This document shows, in pieces, positions 10,673 through 21,751 of a DNA stretch of 64,000 nucleotides. This DNA comes from Podarcis gaigeae (lineage: Eukaryota): the NCBI GenBank assembly GCA_964106915.2, contig OZ066916.1. One strand, 5' to 3'. The notes under the pieces are model-generated. The model searched no databases. It saw only the letters and a program-made list of their open reading frames with translations, and was not told the DNA's origin. The translations under genes and the position numbers were made by a program. Within the stretch, counting starts at the first letter, position 1, and the number at the start of each line of letters is the position of its first letter.

Positions 10673-11592
10673 CACATACAACAAAAACCATAATAACACT
10701 AATAACACAGTTTGACAATTCAGATTTGGATACACTGATATACCTATGACTACACCTTTTTAACAATATTTTCCTGCCTATCTCTCCTCCCCCTACTTCC
10801 CACCGTTATCCGCCTTATCGCTTAAATATTCCTTCCAGATTTCTTCATATTTATCCATTCTTAATTTGTGTCCACATGCAATTTGTTTGTATGTAGCTAG
10901 TCTGTCCATATTATCAATTCATGTGCTCAATGGAATCTTTTTGCGGCTCTTCCAAATCATCAAAACAAGTTTTTTTGCTTCTAATATAGCACGGTACACC
11001 CATTTGTTTTGACCCCTTGTAATCTCCCATGTTTCCAAAATATAATTTAGAATTAAATTTAATTCCGCTAAATAACAATTTCTTTTTATTACTCTTGCTA
11101 TAAATATCCTCACCTCACTCCAAAATGATCTTATTATCGGGCATTTAATCATCATATGTACTAAGTTCGCATTTTTACTCCCACATCTGCAGCAGTTGTC
11201 CGCGCTTGTTATTTTCTTCTGGTATAGTTTTGCTGGAGTCCAGTGGACTCTGAATATTATTTTCTGTTGAAGAAGTCTTAGTCTTAGATCCACAGAGGCT
11301 ATTTCTGTTGATTTTATACTTGACTCCCATATATTATTTGTTATCTGTACCCCTAACTCTTCACTCCATTCTTGTCTATCATATTCTAAATCATATTTCT
11401 TCCTGTTGAGTAGAGTTTTATATAGTGCAAGTGTAGAGTTTTTTGTTTTTGCTGCAGAGATTAAATCTTGTAGCAGCATGGGTGTTTCCGATGCTGCTAT
11501 AGCGTCAGGGCCAAACTGCCTTTCCAACATATGTTTCAATTGGATGTATTGCCATTGTGTTTCACTGGTTAATCCATACTTTACTTGCAAAT
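10673..11592 (-). mobile_element. 5'-truncated L1/Tx1-clade LINE (ORF2 C-terminal region)
   Basis: ORF 10919-11590 contains RVHWTPAKL and the Cys-rich CxRC..HMMIKCP..FW motif typical of the vertebrate L1 ORF2 end. Bounded by the exact 26-bp direct repeat TAGGCCCCTGAAACGGACTTTGGGCA (10647-10672, 11593-11618). Confidence 0.85.
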
Positions 11593-13503
11593 TAGGCCCC
11601 TGAAACGGACTTTGGGCATGCCTGGCTTAGGCATTGCCAATAACTATATCTGACTCCTGCCCACCTTGCAGGAAGTCTGGAAGAGTAAACCACCAACAGA
11701 GGGAGCTCCATCAATGGCGACCAACTGAAACTCACCCCGGGGTTCCCGCTGGGTCCTGGCATGGCCCTAGCCTCCCAAGCAGACTTTGGACAAGATCCGG
11801 ACCCGCAGATTCCTTTACCGGAATACCCTTGTACCTGGAGGGGCAGGTGATGGCCGCTCCTCCCCCCCCCCACATTTCACTAAGCCAATGCCTAACCGCC
11901 AAACCTTACAAAGTTGTGACAATTGCTAAGAGGTAGACAAAAACCAAGAGGCCAATACCAATTTGCCAAATGGAAAAAATTCCTACCCGGCCCCTGTTCC
12001 AAAACAGGCGACCAACCGAAGTCCAGAGCAAGGCCAAAGCACAAACCCAAATCGAGGGTGGGTGGGCAGGTGTTTGGCAGCGCAATCCCAGGTAAACCCC
12101 CCCCAACGCTGCGCCGCTGTCTTTTAAAGGCCCCCCCTCGATCACACCACCACTCCCAAGGAAGGGGGGGCTGCACCTATGGCCTGTGCGCAACGCGGAC
12201 CCTCAATTAAGAGGGTCCGATATGCTGAAAGAAATCCTACTTACATGCTCTCTCTACTCTCACAAGCACAGAATGATCCAAGCATAGGAGATCCCAGACC
12301 TTCTAGAGCTCTGGCGACCGATGAGCCAACAGAGGGAGATGTCACAATGAACCTTGTGATGCAGCACCCCTGGGCCCTGAGAAAACCAGCAGCCACAAGC
12401 CCTGCTCCTCTTAAGGGACGCGACTAAGTTTTCTTAGTCAAATTTATCCGTAGAAACTATTATGATGATAGCAAAATATTATTGCTTTCTTTAACACATT
12501 ATAAAACCAAACCACATTATAAAACCAGTTCATAAAACGAAAGAAAATGAATATTGAGGATTGCTTTCTTGAAAGCATCACCACACCCAAGACGATGTGT
12601 CAGGCTCCTGGCATGGGCGTAGCCAGGGAGGCGGGGGGGGGAGCTGCCCCCTCTAAATCAAGTAAATCAATAAAAATACTGAACTAACTGACCAATTGTG
12701 TCACAGATAACTCGGCTCTGCCCTTAGCCTCCAAAATAAAGCCTGCCCCACAATAAATGCTGTTTGCACCCATGGCTCCAAATCCAGGATGGTGCTTTCA
12801 AGGACGCAATTTCAGCCCCATTTATTCTGATCCTTATGAAGAACTGCTCCCTTTTCCCCATCCTCTTAACAAATAAATTGCCACGGTGGCAGGTTTGATC
12901 CCCAGATGGGCCAGCCATATATTCCTGCATTGCAGGGGGTTGGACTAGATGATCGGCTGGGTCCCTTCCAGCTCTACAATTCTGTGATTCTTATGTTCTC
13001 AAGCTCCCCTGGTGCCAGCCAGGTGTGGCCACTCAGTTTCCTCAAGTACTTGAGGAATGGCAGCCTGTCATAAGAGGATGACAGCGGATGGGCGGCAACA
13101 AGCCTCTCCTATCTGCTGGGATTGCCAGCCGGCATATGCTGTGCCTGCTCAAAGATGCCTGTTGCTTACAGCTACAGCCATCTCATTCTAGTTTGTGTAA
13201 AGGAGTTTCTAGCCCAAGTATCTGCCACGGAAATAAAAGGTCTGGAAAGGTTAACCTCGCTCAGAGCGGCCAAGGCGGCATCACTTGGGAAGAGAATACT
13301 CTTTAGTATTTCATATCCATCTCTGACTAAACAACACAACAGGGTGGCCTTTCAACCAACTTTAGATGATAGAAGCCAAGTTTTCACCATTTATTTAGCC
13401 ACTTTTGATTTTCACAAATTTAAGCATGTGTGTTAAGCCTAAGGCCTCAATTCTGTGTTCATTTGATTGCAAGTGGGTTCCACACTGAATTCAGCAGAAT
13501 TTA

Positions 13504-13867
13504 AAGGTAAAGGTAAAGGTACCCCTGCCCATACGGGCCAGTCTTGACAGACTCTGGGGTTGTGCGCCCATCTCACTTAAGAGGCCAGGGGCCAGCGCTG
13601 TCCGGAGACACTTCCGGGTCACGTGGCCAGCGGGACAAAGCTGCATCTGGCGAGCCAGAGCTGCACACGGAAACGCCGTTTACCTTCCCGCCGGTAAGCG
13701 GTCCCTATTTATCTACTTGCACCTGGAGGTGCTTTCGAACTGCTAGGTTGGCAGGCGCTGGGACCGAGCAGCGGGAGCGCACCCCGCCGCAGGGATTCGA
13801 ACCGCCGACCTTTCAATCGGCAAGTCCTAGGCGCTGAGGCTTTAACCCACAGCGCCACCTGCGTCCC
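13504..13867 (-). mobile_element. Full-length Sauria SINE
   Basis: (AAAGGT)n tail at left, reverse head CACAGCGCCACCTGCGTCCC at right; perfect 13-bp TSD TCAGCAGAATTTA (13491-13503, 13868-13880). Confidence 0.95.
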
Positions 13868-14975
13868 TCAGCAGAATTTACTTTTGAGTAAAAGCTTGTG
13901 TCGTATGGTCCATGATCCTTCTAACTTTTCATAACTCAAAAAGCTGACTGCTTTTTCAAAAGTTTGGTGGGTCAAAAGTGTCAGAGCCTCCCCTACTGCA
14001 TCTTCTGCATCTTATTACAGGAGCCCTGAAAATCAATAGTGCCTCTGAGGGCACCACACCTTCCTTCAGCAGTGCTTGGGAGAGCAAGCAGAAAGTCAGA
14101 ACTCCTCCTTCCACCATAGAGCAGACAGACAAAGAGCTCTAGACAACTGCACACTTCCGGTTCTGATCAGAAATTTCCACATGCAGGTTAAGAATGGTGG
14201 GGAAACATGGGGGAACTGTCAATAAATCAGGGCAGGTTTGCAGATGCTTCTGCATTGCTCTGCATTGTGCTTTTGACTATGATGATATACCGATGGACGT
14301 TCAGTGCAAGATCCTGCTTCCGCTCTGGTTGCATGAATAGAAATGGGCGATTTTTGTTTTTTATAAATGATTTTATATGTTTCCTTCCCTGCCGCCCAAG
14401 GGTTTTAATATGATTTTTCAGGATAGAAGGATTTCTCCTTCTATCCTGAAGAGAGATTAAGATTAGGGATAAATCTTTTTAAAAGATAGTAAGGGAGGTA
14501 TGTTAAAAGGGAACTGTGTGAATAGCTTTGTTAAAGGCATTTAAAACAGGCAGAAATTCAAGCCAATTATGTATAAACGCTGTATTTTAAAGCACATTGG
14601 AAGCACATTCTTGGCCTCAAAGAATTCTGGGCATTGTGATTTTCCCCTCACAGAACTACAATTCCCAGCAGCAGTGCCCGGAATTCTTTAAGCGGGAGAA
14701 ATGGACTGGAAATGTGCTTCAAAGATATTGTTTGTACATAGCCTGAGTCTCCTCCATGGAGGGTTGAAGCTGTTCATTTTCTGTTAAACAGCCTTTAAAG
14801 GCACAAAACCTTTTCCACCAACAAAATACTAATGGAGTTTTTGCTTTCACCATTTTGGGGCTCCCAAAGTCGGTCTTGTCACTCACCCCACACCCCAACT
14901 CTCTTGAAACCAGGCTGAAAATTGGAATGGGTTCCCAGCTCAGTCAGTAGAGCCTGAGACTCTTAATCTGAGGGT

Positions 14976-15280
14976 CATGCTGATGGCCATTCCAAGATCG
15001 GTCAGGAGCTCAGGTGACCTGAGATGGGAGGAGCGCTTCACAGCTGCTGCCAGGAAGGGCTGAATTCCCCAGAACTGTCAGGATGCCTGAAAGATGGAGG
15101 AGGAAAGCAGTGTGGTTTTCAGGCATTCACAATCAGTCAACAAACCGGTGCAAGATGCAGACATCATGACCCACAGCCAGTGAATACTCTATAAGTCAAG
15201 GTTTAGAAGCCGTAGCAGTCTTCTTTTTTAATGAGAAGTAGGTATTTTATTCACAGGCCTTTATCCACAATAGGTAATGT
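14976..15280 (-). pseudogene. OPN5L2: Inverted duplicate of the OPN5L2 intron end plus the first ~130 nt of the exon (copy of 3938-4259)
   Basis: The reverse complement aligns to 3938-4259 with 9 point substitutions, one small +1 complex change and an 18-nt deletion. Confidence 0.95.
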
Positions 15281-15524
15281 TGTCTACTGAAGTTCTCCCC
15301 CTGGGCCAGCAGGGGGTACTGTAAATAGTTTTCACTCAGGTCCACATATGCAAATAAGGGATTGAAAGTGACCTTCAGTGATTGGATAGTGGTTACTGTT
15401 GCATTGTAGTGGAGCTCTATATAAGCAGGTTGGCTGAACCCTTCAGTTCAGTTCTGGCCTGTGAATAAACAAGAGCTGTTTGAAGAATCGCTGTGCCTCT
15501 GATATGTTCACCCACAGCTTAACA
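15278..15524 (+). mobile_element. Solo LTR
   Basis: TGTT...AACA termini, TATATAA near 15418, AATAAA near 15464, ~250 bp; no matching TSD. Confidence 0.65.
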
Positions 15525-15769
15525 GTTCCTGCCTTGCAGGGGCTGGACTAGATGACCCTAGGGTCCCTTCCAACTCTACAATTCTGTGATCCATTGCTGC
15601 ATCTTCACTTATTGCGAGGTATTTCAAGGGAAAGAGTGATACAGGCAGGCTTTCCCCTGAGAGGCTCATCTGGTACCTCCACGAGGCTCCTTAAGGGGAA
15701 AACCTTTCTCTTCATTTCTGCCTTCCGCTCTTGTGTTCCTTATGCATTTTCTGTTTTAATCTTGTGTTT

Positions 15770-16350
15770 TGACGCGGCTCCCTCCAAGCCTTTAAAACAA
15801 AGCGGCGCCCAGGGCGGGCTCCTTCGGCTCCTCCTCCACGCCTGTCGGAAACTGCGCTCGGGAGCCGCTGGTGTCGGCGGAAAACCCTTCGCCCGCATCC
15901 CTTTGGCGCCGCCCCCGCCACTGCAACGCGCATGCGTGGTCGGGGCAGGGCCGAAGGAAGAGTCCGGCTCTCCGGGAGGGAGGCGGAGGGGCGGGGCCGG
16001 GCTCCGTCCGAGGGGGGCTTTCCGGCAGAGGCGCCCCCCCCCCGAGACCGCGGACGAGAAGCTCCGGAGGTTTCCTTGGGGTCCCTTTGGCCAGGGTCCC
16101 CCCCCCCGGCAGCGGCAGGATTCTTTCCCGGAGGCGCCCCGAGGAGACGCGGCCAGTTGGGCCGCCCGCCTCTCGCCCGCCCTTGCAGCTCCCGGGGGGG
16201 GGGGGGTCTGCACCCCCCTGGTCCCGATCTGGCCAACTTCTCCGTAGACCCGGCTGTGTGGAGGGAGGGGCTGCTTTCCAGGCCGTGGCTCCCGGGAGGG
16301 GAGGGCGGTGCTTTGGCTCGGGAGAGGGGAGGGGGGGGCAGCTCCGGATT
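15770..16350. promoter_or_regulatory. CpG island with promoter-like motifs and no identifiable downstream gene
   Basis: Dense CpG; NRF1-type palindrome ACGCGCATGCGT near 15926; GC boxes (GGGGCGGGGC near 15988; CCGCCC). Confidence 0.75.
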
Positions 16351-18644
16351 TAGGATGCTTCAGGCAGTTGCCCCACACAGAGCGCCAGCAAAGGGGTTGC
16401 AAAATTGAGAGGATTCATTTTGGGGGCACCAAGTTTTGGCCTTGCACAGGGCACCACATTTAGGAAAGATTCTGGTCTTGGCTGACCTCTTCCTTTCTTG
16501 ATATGGATCCAAGGAAAGTTGAAAGGCTTGCAAGTTCTCCCCAGAGGTGCAGCACGGTATTGAAGGAAATGTATTGGTTTACCTGTTTGGTGTATCTTCT
16601 CTTCTAGCACAGCAAGAATACTCCTCTCCCCAGAAGCCTGCCATTAGCTGGCTGGTCCAGCTCAGTAGGTGACAGTTCAGCTCACCACCCTCGCCCACTG
16701 TCTGCATGGCCCCGTCTAGGGTGCTGAGCACTGCAGTTTCAGGAGAAGCCACACCAGGCAAACTTCCTTTCCTGCATTACTGTTCATTGTAGTTTTGTTA
16801 GAATCAAGTTACCATTGCATGTGGATACATTCACTGCTTCTTTAAAATGGGGGGGGGGACCAGCTTGAGGGGGCCCAGTTTAGGTAAAAGCAGCAGTGTG
16901 AGGGCTGCTTTAGCCTTTCTCTGCCTGCCACTTCTCCATTCCTATCTACCCCCAACTGCTGCTCCCTCTGTGTGGTGCTCAATCCATGTTTGTGAGGGTG
17001 GAGTGTGAAAACAAACTGGAAATAGCTTGAGAGAAAGAAATCTTTCAGTTGAGAAGCAGGGTATGGGGGGGGGGGCTTTCCCTGCTCATTCTCTACTTAA
17101 ACCACCCTCTTCCAACAGTGTGCTTTTGAAATAAGTAGTAGATGACAGCTCTTACTTTCATGCATCTGCTTGCATTGTTGATGAGACAGGCGCTTGCAAA
17201 GCCTGTTATTCTGTGAGGTTTGGTCCCATTTGCGCTTTTTCCTCCAGCTCCAGCAGTCACTGTTTCTTCAGAACTCTGTTATGCATCCTAGTTCCCCCCC
17301 CCCCCCGATAGGATAAATGTATGTGTCAGCTAAGTGGAAACTTGGAGATTGCAACTTGAAATGTTGTCTGTGGTACGGTGGGATATTTATCCCTGGAACC
17401 TTCTTCCCATTTCTCTGCTTTTTCTCAAGTCTCACTTCCCAGCTGTTTTCCCAGGTTCCTTTTTCTTCCTTCCATTGCCTTGCTGCATGCTTCCACCTGC
17501 CACCTTGCCCTGGTCTCTCCATCCCTTAGTTTTACTATCTCCTGTGATCTCTTTCTAATCCTCAGCCTTCCCCATAAAGCTCTGCCTCTTCCTAGGGCCT
17601 GTGTGGTGTTTTAATCTTAGCCAAAATGACGACGTTCCTTTTTAACCTACAAGTTGAACTGAAATATTCTGGCAACTGTGCTCACTCAGCTCTTTGATAA
17701 TAATCTGTCAGAAGTGCAGTACGATATACTGAGTACCCCCCCCCCTTAATTTTATTTATATATATATATATATAGGCATAGTTCCTATTTGCATTTCACT
17801 GTCTTTTTTCAGTGCAGCAATGTGCTTGAGTTGTGTTACCATTAAATACTTGGGCAGCCCAGTGACTGGTGATGTGGCAACTGCTAAACACATTATTATG
17901 CTGTTACCATTATTGTGGTGTTAACATTGTAATCTTCTCAGGTATTTAATTACTTTTCCAAAGGCATCTATAAATTATCTTTCTAAGCAGCGTGCCAGCT
18001 GAGACATTAAAATACAGCTTTTCATTTAGAAAGGTTGCTGAAAAATAATTCATTCTTGTGGTTGGCTTTCTTATTTTAGTCTATTACCCCATCTTGTCTA
18101 AAACCAACATCAGTTTATTTTTAATCTGCATTAGCTATGGAGGTGTGTCGTGAATTTCAAAAAAAACATACCACTTACTCAGGATAATAAATATTTTGGG
18201 TTTACGAGCACAGTATTTCAAAATAATGTGTAGGTAGTTTTCAGCCGCAGTTGCAGGTGTAAAAGCTCAGTTGCAAATGGCATGTGCTAGTTTTCTGTCA
18301 TTGTACTAATGCTTCACACGGTACCTTGCTAATGCACAAAGGTTTAAAATAGTCCACATTTCTCTGGCAGATCAGGGGTTAGTTTGGGTCCCATAGGCTG
18401 CCTGTTCTGTCTGATGATACACTCACACCTTTGTAGTGCAGCAGCTGTTCTGCCTTTGGGCAGTCAGTTCTTGGATGTGCAGATCCAGGAAACCCCATCC
18501 ACTGAGAGCATCCTGCTCTGTTTTCATAATGTTAATTTAAAGCCTTGTTCTCGGATGGTTAAATAACAAGATGCCATATCATAATGACTACTTTTTGCAC
18601 AGCTGTGCAGTCAAGTTTGGATTTGTAGCCAGCTATTTCAGTTA

Positions 18645-18869
18645 CAGTGGTATCTCTAGTTACGAACTTAATTTCTTCCGGAGGTCCGTTCTTAACCTGA
18701 AAGTGTTCTTAACTAGAGACGTGCTTTCGCTAATGGGGCCTCTTGTTGCCGCTGCGCTGCCGGCACACGATTTCTGTTCTCATCCTGGGGCAAAGTTCTC
18801 AACTCGAGGTAACTCTTCCAAGTTACCGGAGTTTGTAACCTGAAGCATTTGTAACTTGAGGTACCACTG
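18645..18869. mobile_element. Tc1/mariner (Tigger-like) MITE
   Basis: TA|CAGTGGTATCTC ... GAGGTACCACTG|TA terminal inverted repeats with TA duplication. Confidence 0.85.
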
Positions 18870-19456
18870 TACAAAGAATGTGGGCTTTAGAATCACATGA
18901 TTCTGAAGCATCTTCCTTGGAAAGATTTTATTTTGCTAGACTAATAAGATACCTAAGGACCACATTTATGTAAACTTATTACAGTGTGGGAAACAGGGAC
19001 AGATGGGATGGGAAGATGGGAATCTAGTGCATGTGATGAAAAACATGGGCTACTTTCACACACATAATATCTTAAGTGTGTTTTAAATAATTATTTGCAG
19101 TGTGAACAACAAAACACAAGAAAAAGTAACAATGAACTAATCTGCTGGGAAGGCCATAGATACATATTACTCCACAGTGAACAAAATAGGTGTGTGTCAT
19201 TTATTTCAACCATAATGTGTACAAGTTGTCTGTGTATGAGAAAACAAGATGATAATCTTGCATCTTTTCACATTTTGAATTCTTCCTTGGCAACAGCAGC
19301 ACAGATGCCTCCATAGAATGTTTCAGATTCCCTCCCTATAATCACTTTTTAGTGTAAACAAGAGATGTGCAGTAACAACAGCAAGAACAACAGATGGCAG
19401 CAAAGTCATGGCCCTGAGGAAAGCGATTTGCTAGTAGTGTTTGACTTGGTGCTCAT

Positions 19457-20560
19457 TTGGCTGAGAAAATATTTTTTATGAAACCAAATCGGCAACAGTG
19501 GCAGAATATTGAAAATCCCGTATTAAGAAATATAATTGAGATATGGGCGAAATATAAATGAATAATTCTGGTGGTGATGATAGAAGACTTCCTAGTAAAT
19601 TTAAATAAGGAAGTTGAAAAAGAAGCAAAAGAAAAGAAAATATTCAAAATAAAGGAATGGCTGGAAAAAATGAGAAGCAAAAAACAAGAGCTCTAACATG
19701 AAGTAAAATAACTTGGTTTAACTGTGTACAACTGGAGCAATGGACAAAGCAGTGGTTAAGGGAAAACAAGAAATGCAAAGAGCTTACAATTTTTTAAAAA
19801 AAGATTTTAAAAGGGAGGTGAAGAAAGGGGAAACCAGTAAAATTTATAAAAAATATTAGTAGAATCGGAGGATTAACAAGATCAACTAAAAGAGGTGTGG
19901 AAAAGGAGGTAACAGGTTAGGTAAATCGTCACAGCTAGGGGAAAATATGGGAGAAATGCATTCTGAAAATGATGTCTGTAAGGTTAAAAGAAAATTACAA
20001 TGAGTTAATATGGGGGTGGTATTTAACACCAGCAAGATTAAATCAAATAAACAAGAAATATTCAGTGTTATGTTGCAGGGGATGGAAGGAAACTGAGACT
20101 TATGTTCACATGTGGTGGGGGTATAAATACATACAAAAATTTTGGCACAGGGTGTTTAAGGAGATAAGACAAATCACAGGGTTAAAGCTGAAAGTCCATT
20201 CATTATCAATTTTTGACAGGGTGGAATGTACATAGGCTACGAAGGACTTGCTCACAAATTTATTAACAGTGGCATGAGTTGTTATAGCCAGGAAGTGGAA
20301 GGGGCAAGGTAGAATGGTATAATGAGGTGGGGGATATAGCTATTAATGATAAATTAAGGTAAGATGGGGAATATGGAGAAATGATTTTGAGGAGATAATG
20401 AACTTATTTGTAGAATTTGTACTGTTAAAACAGAAAGGAATCAAACCATCTCAAAAAGTGTTAAAATTTTGGGAGGTTGGATCGTTACGATGGGTTGTGG
20501 TCTTGGGGGTGGGGTGCACAATTTTTACTTTTATTATTACTTCGTTTAGAATATTTTTTT
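19457..20560 (+). mobile_element. Decayed L1-clade LINE 3' fragment
   Basis: Purine-rich strand; the remnant ORF WYLTPARL...CCRG..ETYVHMWW..IQKFW is a degenerate L1 ORF2 Cys-rich end with many stops. Confidence 0.75.
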
Positions 20561-21745
20561 AAAAGTCTACAGAAAATTTGTCAGTATTTGCACTGGTATC
20601 CAGGTCTCTTGTATGTAATCTGGTGTGAATGCTGTGGCAGCTTATTTGCATCTGTATTTGTCAACAGCAATCACAACTGAGCAACTCCATATGCTGTTAG
20701 AAGCTTAAGCTGCATCTTCTTCCGTATGTACCTTTACAGCCAGAGGAGTGGACCTATTATCCACATCCGTGTTTTTCCATGTGTTGCAAGATCCCACACT
20801 GGAATGATGCATATGCAAATGCACAGGAATGCTTGTGGGCTTCCCATCTGGTTGGCCAGAGAACAAAATGGTGGCTTAGATGGGCCTTTGGTGTGACCCA
20901 GCAAGGCCCCTGCTATGTTTCCATTGTTGCTATGAAAATACTTAGTTCTTTAAATAAAGTAAGTATTAAACAAAACCAACTCAAAGAACAGCCATGCTTT
21001 TTAAGAATGCACATAGGCTTGTGCCCCAAATGTAAAAGTCCCAACAAATCTGATTCTGGGGTTAGCTTAAAATATTACTTGATGGATTTAACAAAAGCCT
21101 CCTACCATTGAGCATTCATGTCTACTCAGAAGTGGGTTCCACTGGCTTCAGTGGGGCTTACTTCCAGGTAAGTGTGTTGGTTGCAGCTCTACAGTGCAAT
21201 TTTATGCCCACTTACCTGGACATGGTGAGACAGATTTCTGAGTGAACATGCATAGGTTCACACTGCACATTAGTCATACAACACAATCTTATGTATGTTT
21301 ACTTAGAAGTACGGTAAGTCCTACTACTGTATGTCCGATAGAACTCACATCCCAATAAAATCTGTTTAGGATTGCAGCCTACAGCGGATAATTTTATTCT
21401 TTGTCAATCTACCATTTGTTCTGGCATCTCTTATTGTAACCTCAAACCCATGAACTGAAAACCTATGGTCCTATTAGACATTTACAAGACTGTAGAGGAA
21501 ACAACCAATACTTTTTTTTTTACAAGTATTCTTATCAAAATCACTATTTTTTTCTGAAATAAATGAAGGGTGATATGCAATGAAGGTCATGAGGACCTAA
21601 TGAAACCAACGAGGCTACTTCAAGGGTGACTGGTGCTGACCCAAAAAATGTAACTGTCCCAAATCCTAGAGATCAGTAGCCTACCTGTCTGTTTGTGTAT
21701 GTCACACCAATAATCCAAACATTTTATAGAAAACCTTTTTCTGTG

Positions 21746-21751
21746 TTTATT
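21746..21751 (-). terminator. Candidate distal poly(A) signal of LGALSL (implies a ~3.5-kb 3'UTR)
   Basis: AATAAA on the minus strand next to AU-rich, UTR-like sequence. Inference only. Confidence 0.35.

Larger units (their letters stand above)
14936..15591 (+). mobile_element. tRNA-headed, CR1-tailed SINE split into head (14936-14979) and tail (15525-15591) by a composite insert
   Basis: Head AGCTCAGTCAGTAGAGCCTGAGACTCTTAATCTGAGGGTC resembles tRNA-Lys. Tail TTCCTGCCTTGCAGGGGCTGGACTAGATGACC...CCTTCCAACTCTACAATTCTGTGAT matches the tail at 12921-12995. Confidence 0.65.

Noticed and set aside
12110-12132. Motif GCCTTTAAAAxAxAGCGGCGC shared (inverted) with ~15788-15808
   Set aside because: The match is too short to separate from chance, although both sites look promoter-like.
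14936-14979. tRNA-Lys-like sequence
   Set aside because: Truncated SINE head lacking the T arm; not a tRNA gene.
15552-16408. Five overlapping 158-231 aa ORFs on both strands
   Set aside because: Low-complexity Pro/Gly/Arg translations expected from stop-poor CpG-island DNA; no domain recognised.
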